DNA of 57,965 nt, filler included, from Diploschistes diacapsis (taxonomy: Eukaryota), in the NCBI GenBank assembly GCA_023645945.1. It is 6 parts of 6 records of this genome, joined end to end, with 100 filler letters (N's around TTAATTAATTAA, not from the genome) between each part and the next. Parts side by side here need not be neighbours in the genome. Positions count along the whole stretch, not along the records: positions 1 to 9,597 come from JALAIB010001018.1; 5 more parts are not named here. One strand, written 5' to 3'. Numbering within the stretch: position 1 is the first letter of the stretch; every line of letters starts with the position of its first letter. Below, piece by piece: positions 1-9,697 of this stretch. Position numbers and translations under genes: made by a program. The notes below the pieces were generated by a model. That model made no database searches and was not told the origin of the DNA. It worked only from the letters and a program-made list of their open reading frames with translations.

Positions 1-346
1 GGGTGGAGGAGTGCGCGGAGGTGCTGCTTTTGCTGCTGGTGGTGGAGGTGGAGGAGGCGCTGCGCGAGCGCGAGCGGGAGGTGGCGTTGGCGTTGCCGTT
101 GGCGTTGGCGTTGGCGTAGGATGAGTGTTGGTGGTCGCTGGGATGGGGTGGTTTGGCCGTTTGGCTAGAGGAGGTTTGGGCCGAGGACGACGAAGTAGGC
201 GAGAGAGGCGCCATGCGGCTGCGGGTCGGCGTGGCTTGCTCGAGGGTTATGGACGGCGAAGGGGCGGAGAGGCTGAGGCGGGTGAGATCGGGGGTCGAGC
301 GGGAGAGAGAGAAATTGCGGCGGCGTTGGTGAGGTTGTGAGGCCAT
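1..346 (-). CDS. Hypothetical protein, N-terminal part only (Ser/Thr/Arg-rich, low complexity); runs off the window edge
   Basis: ATG at 346 in caccATGG context. Frame is open to position 1: MASQPHQRRRNFSLSRSTPDLTRLSLSAPSPS...ANANANGNANATSRSRSRSASST. Divergent from the phosphatase gene. No family motif visible. Confidence 0.55.
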   Translation of the reverse strand, partial: MASQPHQRRRNFSLSRSTPDLTRLSLSAPSPSITLEQATPTRSRMAPLSPTSSSSAQTSSSQTAKPPHPSDHQHSSYANANANGNANATSRSRSRSASSTSTTSSKSSTSAHSST

Positions 347-857
347 GGTGAGTTGATGGGGTAGTGATATCTGCGATTTGGGCGGTTGTGGAGCTGTGAA
401 CGGACGTTGCTGCTCAGGTTCTTTTCCCGTTGTTGCTTTGATGCACGGTCAACTCTGCATCTTCTAGGCACCGGGCAAGTCGGTCCAACTCTTTGTCTGC
501 CTTGTCCTCCGTGAATTCATATAAGTTATCGGCAGTAGATTTCAAAAAGAGCTTAGCGTTATAGCCGCGGGTAGCTCTCTCGCTTAGAAGGTGGTTCGCT
601 TGACCAATGAGGCAGTTGCTTCAACCTCCATCCCTCAATGCCGTGAACGTCCACCACGTCCTCTTGGTTGCCCCACTTAACAAAGGTCAGTAGAGGGGCA
701 GTATCTCTGTGAAGAGACTCACCGCTCGATCAATCGAGTGCCAATGGTTGGAATGACTGTGGACACTGTGAGATCTAGTAATCCAGTAACATAAAATCTT
801 TACCCTCTCTCACAAGGTCTCTTTCCTTCCGCTTCTTCGCTCAATATACCCTTCTCG

Positions 858-2489
858 ATGCCCGCCATGTTTTCCTATTCTCTTCTGCTTGCTGCACTTC
901 CACTCGCCCAAGCGACCGATACGGTGCTTGGGGTGTATATGTTTCATCGCCACGGAGATAGAACGTCGAAGTCCACTCCTCCGGCAAATTTGACGAGCCT
1001 TGGATACCAAGAAGTCTTTGAGTCCGGGACATACTTTAGAAACCAATATGTAGCATCTGGCGCTGCTTCACAGATTGCTGGAGTCAGCCCGGACATAGTG
1101 AACCTTAACCAGATATCTGTCTCTGCTCCCTTAGACAATGTTTTGATGTCTTCGGCGACCGGTTTTCTCCAGGGCTTCTATCCTCCGGTCGGACTCACAA
1201 ATTTCCAAGAGACGCTCCACAATGGCACGAATGTCTCCAATCCCCTGAATGGTTACCAAATCATTCCGATCCAACAAATCACAACGGGCACCGGCAGCGA
1301 AGACTCGGCATGGCTTCAAGGCTCGAGCAACTGCGCCAATGCCATCATAAGCTCGAACAACTACTTTTCCGCCGCCGAGTATGTTTCACTCGAAAACAGC
1401 ACCCAGGGTTTCTACAACGGCATCATCCCAATGGTCAACAATACCTTCAACAGCAGCCAAATAAGCTTCAAAAATGCCTATCTAAGTTTGATCCACCTTC
1501 AATCCATACCATCCCCTGTGCTCTTACCCTTCCATCCTTCCCTTTTTGACATTCTTATGCACCCTTCTCCCTTTGCCCTTTCTCATGTACCCTCTCCCCT
1601 ATGCCTTCCCCTCACGGCCTTCCAGCTCTCCCTTCCACGCACTGACCAATCCCCAGTCTACGACCTCCTAAACGTCGCCTCAACCACCAACACCACCTTC
1701 CCCTCCCAATCCCTCCTCACGCCCTCCACAGCCTTCCAGCTCCGCACCCTCGCCGACACTCACGAATATAATCTCGCCTACAACGTCTCAGATCCCATCC
1801 GCGCCATCGCCGGCTCCACCCTGGCTGCACAAATCCTCCAAGCGCTCAACACCACCATCACCACACGCGGCACCAAGCAAAAACTCACCGCCCAATTCGG
1901 CGCCTACGGCTCCTTCCAGTCCTTCTTCGGCCTCGCGAACCTCACTTCCGTCAACGCAGACTTCTACGGCATCCCGGACTACGCGTCGAATATGGTGTTC
2001 GAGCTGTATACGACGGGCCCCGCGGACCCGTGGCCGGCGGACGCGGCGGATTTGAGAGTGAGGTTCTTGTTCCATAACGGGACGACGAGCGGTGCGAGCC
2101 CGCCGGTGGTGTATCCGCTGTTTGGGAGTGGGCAGCAGAATCTGTCTTGGGCGGAGTTCGGTGCTGGAATGGGGAAGTTTGCGGTGGGAGACCAGGGGAG
2201 TTGGTGCGAGGCGTGTGGGAATACGACCGGGGTTTGTGCGCCCGCTGGATCGAGCGCGGGGGTGGGGGGAAACGGTGGTGATGCTGGGGCCAGTGGTGCG
2301 ACAGCTGGTGGTAATGGGTTGTCGCCGGCTGTGAATGGGGTCGTTGGGGCCATGGTTACATTGGCCGTTATTTTGGGGCTGGAGGCGCTGGTGCTGTTGG
2401 TGGGTGGGTATAGGCTTGTTAGTAAGAAGAGGTTGGGACCTCAGGGACAGGGGATGGGGATAGGAAGTGGGCAGGCAGTGAAAGCTTAG
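858..2489 (+). CDS. Histidine acid phosphatase superfamily protein with signal peptide and C-terminal TM helix
   Basis: N-terminal hydrophobic signal, RHGDRT catalytic motif, Cys-containing WCEACG segment, C-terminal TM (VVGAMVTLAVILGLEALVLLV). One predicted intron at 1486-1656 (GTTTGA...ACTGAC...CCCAG) restores FKNAYL/IYDLLNVA. Start may be 858 or 867. Confidence 0.9.
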   Translation: MPAMFSYSLLLAALPLAQATDTVLGVYMFHRHGDRTSKSTPPANLTSLGYQEVFESGTYFRNQYVASGAASQIAGVSPDIVNLNQISVSAPLDNVLMSSATGFLQGFYPPVGLTNFQETLHNGTNVSNPLNGYQIIPIQQITTGTGSEDSAWLQGSSNCANAIISSNNYFSAAEYVSLENSTQGFYNGIIPMVNNTFNSSQISFKNAYLSLIHLQSIPSPVLLPFHPSLFDILMHPSPFALSHVPSPLCLPLTAFQLSLPRTDQSPVYDLLNVASTTNTTFPSQSLLTPSTAFQLRTLADTHEYNLAYNVSDPIRAIAGSTLAAQILQALNTTITTRGTKQKLTAQFGAYGSFQSFFGLANLTSVNADFYGIPDYASNMVFELYTTGPADPWPADAADLRVRFLFHNGTTSGASPPVVYPLFGSGQQNLSWAEFGAGMGKFAVGDQGSWCEACGNTTGVCAPAGSSAGVGGNGGDAGASGATAGGNGLSPAVNGVVGAMVTLAVILGLEALVLLVGGYRLVSKKRLGPQGQGMGIGSGQAVKA

Positions 2490-2692
2490 AAGCGGTTGAC
2501 AGCGAAGGGAGAGGGGATCAGGGGGAGGTCGTACAGGTAAAGCGAATGTTTTAAGCGGCGGAATATTTCATAGAATATGAATTACGTATAAAAACTCAGG
2601 CTCCATAGGCTCGAACCCTCCCTTCCATTACCCCAGAGCTTCCGTGCGCTTCCCACCCATGGTCAAACGAGCAATTCACCGCTATATATCGA

Positions 2693-4139
2693 TCAATCAA
2701 AAAGAAAGCGCGTATCCACATCCCCTCTCTCAATATAAACAACCGCCTTATGAATCACAACCTCATTTCCACAGAGCTTAATCCGCGGATTATCCGGTTC
2801 CATCGCCCGTGAAAAGACAGGCGTCAGCGCATAGCAAACTACCGAGCGCTTCGGATCGATAATTGTATGGTTCTCGTACTTCATCCGGTCTATGTCGAAC
2901 TTCTCGCCGGGCTGCGGCCACCTTAGGATCGTGGGAACCGTCTTGAGCGCGAGGTCCAGCCGCAGGTTCATCGCTTCTTTGAACACCTGCGCGAAGACCG
3001 GTGGGGGCGGCAATCTTGCTGCTGCGCGGGGTGGTACTCTGTTTGGGAACGAGATTCCTGGCCGGAAGAGAAGCCGGAGCGAGGATCGGAGGCGTCCCGC
3101 CAGTTCTGCCGCTTTGGCGGGTATTTCGAGGGTGCGGAGAGCCGCCCTGCGCAGGCGGAGGTGCGTCATGCGCTGTAGTATGGCTTGAACCGGGGGCGGG
3201 TTTGCTGTGGCTGCGAAACGTTGGTCGGGGCTGCGGATTTTCGTGGGGGGGGGAACAACTTACAGGTTTGGGCCATAGCCTCTGTTAGATCTTCGGCCAT
3301 GGCGGGATGTTTGTCATAGCCCACAGGTTCTTTGTCTAGCACGTAGTGGAAAACGGCTTGGCTGATGAATGCTGTGGCAAGTCGCCTCTGGTGGAGAAAG
3401 GTCCATGATTTCATGCTTTGTTCCAGGCCTGAGACGGTGCCAATAAGGTCTAGGACTTCGGCAAGGTTGTTGACAGGACTGTGCAGCTCATGAAAAGCTT
3501 TTGCTGCCACTTCGATCATATTTGAGAGAATCATCATTCTTGACGGGATATCTCCATCACTAAAAAATGGGGTTCCGGGTCGCTCTTGCAATATTCCCTC
3601 GATTGAAGCGATTGGCTGGGCAGGGTTAGTATCTTGCAATATTCCCTCGATTGAAGCGATTGACTGGGCAGGGTTAGTATCTATCTCTGTCTCTGTTTCT
3701 GTCTCCGTTTCTGTCTCTGTTTCTGTGTCCGTGGCCCACATATTCTGACTGGCTTGCGGCCCCACTACTGCTCGCCGCTTCTTTCTGGGAGGAGCTGTTG
3801 CTGGATCATTTTTAGCCGCTCTTCTACCCTTTCCTGGCCGCCGAGGCTGATCTTCCTGGGCTGTTCCAATTGGGGGCCGGATGTAATTCTTCCCAAGTTT
3901 AGAAAAATTGTATAATTCCCTGGTTCTTCGATTGCGTGTCGTGCTATCATATTATCGCATTGTCGAACAAGTTGCTCTTGCGTAAGAGTAACCTCGTGAG
4001 GGCAAGCTTGTTGAAAAGCCAGGAAAATAGGTTCTTGAGCACCTTTTACTAGTCTAGCACCACTGAGGCCATCTTTGTTTCGGTCCAAAACATCCAAAAG
4101 GCACTGGAGCTCCGGGGGCTTTAGCAAAGGGCGCGGCAT
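2693..4139 (-). CDS. Hypothetical protein with GrpE-head-like C-terminal motif; 5' part needs a frameshift or an extra intron
   Basis: Three consecutive same-strand ORFs (3765-4139, 3166-3765, 2693-3169). Intron 3211-3263 (GTAAGT...CAG) joins the last two in frame. The first junction needs either a +1 base in the A5 run at 3903-3907 or an intron 3827->3664. C-terminus: WPQPGEKFDIDRM...VVCYALTPVF...VVIHKAVVYI. Confidence 0.6.
3586..3681. repeat. Tandem duplication, 2 x 48 bp (one mismatch)
   Basis: Copies at 3586-3633 and 3634-3681. On the minus strand the unit is GATACTAACCCTGCCCAG(T/C)CAATCGCTTCAATCGAGGGAATATTGCAA, which translates as DTNPAQ(S/P)IASIEGILQ. Confidence 0.95.
3684..3732. repeat. 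Imperfect hexamer microsatellite (YTCTGT)n; reads TETETE on the minus strand
   Basis: tctctgtctctgtttctgtctccgtttctgtctctgtttctgtgtccgt seen directly. Confidence 0.8.
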
Positions 4140-4545
4140 GGTGAGGTGTTCAAATTGTGTTTCTTAGCGAAGAATCAGCAACTGGAAGACCAGTTGTACT
4201 AATGGTTGTTTTCTGTTCGCAGTCTGTCAGAATCTAGACCGTGCCCATATGTAGTGTAGATAAAGAAAGTGGGAAGCGGAACTTGAGGTTAAATAGGGAT
4301 GATAGACAATGAAAACTTACTTCCGTAGAGCCCAGAAGGGAAAACAAAGAAACCTGAACGAAACACCTTAGCCAAAGATGGTAAACAAAGAGCAAACACA
4401 GTCCACGCTTACCCGTAGCCTAGAGTAGGTCCGAAAAAGTCACACACAAACCTTGCATTCCCTTTCTAGATATAAATAAACTCTGAGCTCGCTTCAGCAT
4501 CTTTCTTCCATTTGTATGCAAATTCAGCATGACTAATAGCAAATA

Positions 4546-6760
4546 ATGGCTTTGGGATTGTTAATAGCTGTTGACTTTGGCACGACATTCCTCAAAGTTA
4601 GTTTTGCTTTTGATCAACAACATTCATCTCAGAGCACACTAGCTGGGGCAGCTCAAAATCCAGGCAGCAGTTCTATTAATATGGTCAAAGACTGGCGCCC
4701 AGAAAACATTGAGTACGTACCTAATCATATTGGATATCGGCGAGAAGACCAGCCAAACCATGGATTGGAGGATATAGTATGGGGTTACGGAGTCAATTGC
4801 CTTCCAGATCACAAACGCCAGCAGTACAACATTGTGAGGTGTGCGAAGGCATGCCTTCATAGCTCCAAGGAGAATACTCAGCTTCTTGAAGCTAACAAAT
4901 GGCCTTCTATCAAAAATCGATTGGGTGACCGTAACCCGGCGGAAGACGTACTCAAGTGCCTCTATGACGAACTCGTTGGCAGTGAAAATGCTGTATTCAA
5001 AAAGAGCTTCCCTCGCGAAATGCAGAATAAGGATCTCAAGATACAGTTCATCTTCGGGATCCCAACAACATGGAGCCTTCCAGAACAGGTTGAGTTCATG
5101 GACCTTGCACGCACATCAGGCATGCCGGACGCCATGCGTGCACTGGAGCCTGAAGCGATGGCAGTATACTTTTTCAGCCAATACAGGTCATTCAAGGCAC
5201 GCAGCTGATCCCTCGTGCGGTAATTTCGGCTCACCTTAGTAGGTAGGCGAAGTATTCGTGATAGTAGACGCTGGGGGTGGAACGGTGGTATGTTCTTAGG
5301 ATATGCTGAGTCGTGCTGGATACTGAGCCGTTTTTAGGATGTGGTAGCCTACAAGGTTATCAACATCGAACCACTTCAATTGCACGAATGTGGCAACTTC
5401 GAAGGTGATTGAAAGGGGATAGAAACACCGAGATATCATCTCTGACTTTTCATAGGTGACTGCTGCGGGTCACTGTTCTTGAATCTTGCATTTAGCCGTC
5501 TTCTTTCCGCTAAAAGCCGGCTAAGGCATGGCAGCTCACAGCAGGAGCGGAAGCTCTTTATGCAGGCCGCGACAGACAGATTCGAGAAGAGCTTCAAGCA
5601 TCTATTCACAGGAGTTGAAAACTTTTCTTGCGATTTCGATGACACAAATGACTTCGAGCCGATTGTCATCAGCAGGTAAGATAGAATTCCGAGGACGCAA
5701 GGGTACGAATAACAACAGCCTGATAGTGAAAAGCTGCGAGAAAAGGTCTTTGATCCAATCATCAGCAGAATCAAACTCCTCACCCACGCGCAAATTGATA
5801 TGGCGTTATCCAACCTCGAGGCTGACTGGAAGTTGGAGCGAAAAACGAACCACAATCTTACCCCAGAATCATTCAAAGTTAATGTAAGTTTGCAGGAATC
5901 CGGTTAAATCACTGCTCACGTAGGCCTTAGCAAATCATTCTGGGAGGAGGCATGTCAGCCAATACCTATCTTCTGACGGAACTGCGAAATGACTTCCCCG
6001 AAATAACTGTCAGAAAAATGCCCGATAGTCGAACTGACGTTGTTCAAGGACTAGCGCGCATTGGACTAGATAGCAATCTGATCAAACAGCGCAGAAGCAC
6101 ACTGAATTACGGATTGATATCGCAGTACCTGTGGGACAAGTCAATGAGAAACCTGGAGAGCCTTGGAGGCGGCACTCAGAAACATAGCGGCGAACCCTTG
6201 GTCCCGGTTGTAGAATGGTTGATACTCAGAGTAAGTACTACGTAGGGGCTCTGGCATCCTTCACTCTTTTCCTTCATTAGACTGACTTTATTACTCAAGG
6301 ACAAGCAGTTGCCGATGACATGATCTTTTCCAGATCTAGGGAAGAAATTTGGGACAACGCCTCCGACTGGACCGCGCTACATGAGATGGTTGTGACTTCC
6401 GACAAGATGGACCTAGACACGGGTTATACATTTTGGGTAGACCTACCGGAGAAGTGTAGTAGGCTCGATAGGTCCTCCTTTGAGCAAATGAGAGATAGCC
6501 GAGGCATCAGGTACTGGAAGATAAACCTAAAGGTGGAGTTACAAGTTCAAACAGGAACAACAACGTGGAAAGTCAAAGCACCACGAGAAAGTCCAGAGAC
6601 ATTCTTAACCACGATGGAAACGAAAAGGAACCGGAACTCGTCCCTAGGTTTCTCGCTGATAAATCGGGGCACGGCTGTGCCAGAAATGTTCACTCAGTCT
6701 CTCGAAGAACAGCAGAAGAAGAGGAAAAGAAGAAAGTTCCACCATTTGATGCCCACGTGA
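4546..6760 (+). CDS. Divergent Hsp70-like (HSPA12-type) actin-fold ATPase
   Basis: Spliced product carries IAVDFGTT (phosphate-1), FGIPTTWS, ALEPEAMA, IVDAGGGTVD (phosphate-2), CGSLFLN, VFDPII, IILGGGMSANTYL (adenosine motif), RRSTLNYG and VEWLI. Introns: 5197-5242 (GC-AG), 5288-5337, 5405-5455, 5676-5726, 5884-5930, 6231-6280 (last acceptor uncertain). Basic KKRKRRK tail. Confidence 0.85.
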
Positions 6761-7384
6761 GAGCTCTAGGGATATGCTTCGGATCAATTATAAATCCGAC
6801 ATGAGATAGATAGCTGAAGCTCTCCCAACATACCTGAGACACTGAAGCGCTCCCTGAACTTTCAATTTTATCTCCTAATTCCTTATTGGTCTGAAGCATC
6901 CATCGTTCATACTCTTCTATTGGGCTAGAAGCGGTACTTGGTAGTCACACTATTATTGGTATCTTCTGGGAGGGTGCCTGAATTCATTGATAACTTGTGC
7001 ACCCAACACCTCTTCCCACGCAAAAGCTTTGATTGTTAAGCAAACCCGAGATACTTGAAGAGTTCCTGTGCGTTCCCTTTTGCAAATTACCTAAAATTAC
7101 CTATTAATAACTGAGTTGCGTAGGAAAAACGCGCAAATTCTCAGAGTCATATTATTAGCGTGGTTTTGCAGAGTGGAAGGCCTTATAGGCTTGATTCGTC
7201 ATGTCGAGCGGGGTATTTTTCGTGATAAATAAATAAAGACTGCTTCCCTTTCAAACAATCCAATTACCAAAAAATATTCGCTAACTAATTTCCTCTGCAA
7301 AAACACTCCTCTAGGTATGCTGCGGCTCTTCGGTAGGGTCACGAGAGTTCTTCTGCTGAACTGACTACTAGTTCCCAGTGCAAA

Positions 7385-8742
<1,358 letters not shown>

Positions 8743-9086
8743 AGAAATCCGCTTGTAGCGACTTGTGGTCCGACGAAGACAAGCTAGCGCCTGCAGCAAC
8801 CGCGCTTTCCAAGAGATCTCAGGACAAACCAATAAAGCATGAGTGAAAAGTCAACTAGCCTTCTTGCGCTGCATCTTGCTTTGAGATGGAAGCCAAAACA
8901 GTATTAGTTACGCAAATGTAATAGATTAGAAAGTTGTGAGATTTGCACTTCAAGTTCGATAGAGACGCACCAGATGCGCCCCGCCTCATTCATATGAAGC
9001 TGTAAGGCTGAACAATAGACTGCGGTATGGGCTAAGATTCATTTCGACCTTTTCATATATTCTACATTTCGCTGCTCTTTTCAAGT

Positions 9087-9115
9087 CGTCGGTTCGATTC
9101 CCACCGCTGCCACCA
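9087..9115 (+). pseudogene. tRNA 3'-end fragment (T-arm/B-box, 3' acceptor strand and CCA), tRNA-Leu-like
   Basis: cgtcGGTTCGATTCCcaccgctgccaCCA: B-box, T-stem with one mismatch, discriminator A plus CCA. No matching 5' acceptor strand found upstream. Confidence 0.4.
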
Positions 9116-9597
9116 TCCCGAATATTCTTCACTACAGACTTTAACAGGCTTTAACATGCTGGTCTAATCCTAAAGCGGCGAACTTCTTTCGGCGCAACGG
9201 TCGGTATAATTACTTACGGCTGATTTCTTCCAAAGTGGGAGCTTCACAGCCAAAATCTGAACATCCTGGCCGCTGTGCCATCAAGGCTTGTGATATATAT
9301 TGCCTTTCATTTGCTCTCTTCCTGCACCTTACAGTTTTTGAGTCGAAAATATACCAAACACAAGCAAATCTGCATTGGCCTTTTGAGACAAGCCCATAGA
9401 TACTCTATCCTATCACATTGACTACCCTGGGTGAGCTCAAACCATCAACGACATACAGTCACGTGCCAAAAGTAGTTAGGTATCAAATAAACAAATACCA
9501 CCTACCAACTTTATTGAGCCATTGCGCACTTAATAAAGCTTCAATGAATGCGCAAAGTAAATCATTTTAAAGCTTTTAAATAGTAGATTATATTAAT

Positions 9598-9697
9598 NNN
9601 NNNNNNNNNNNNNNNNNNNNNNNNNNNNNNNNNNNNNNNNNTTAATTAATTAANNNNNNNNNNNNNNNNNNNNNNNNNNNNNNNNNNNNNNNNNNNN
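9598..9697. other. Artificial contig spacer N44-TTAATTAATTAA-N44
   Basis: 100-bp spacer whose 12-mer places stop codons in all six frames; the same spacer occurs at all five gaps. Confidence 0.98.

Noticed and set aside
9560..9597. AT-rich, TpA-rich contig end as a RIP-mutated transposon edge
   Set aside because: Under 40 bp; too short to support.
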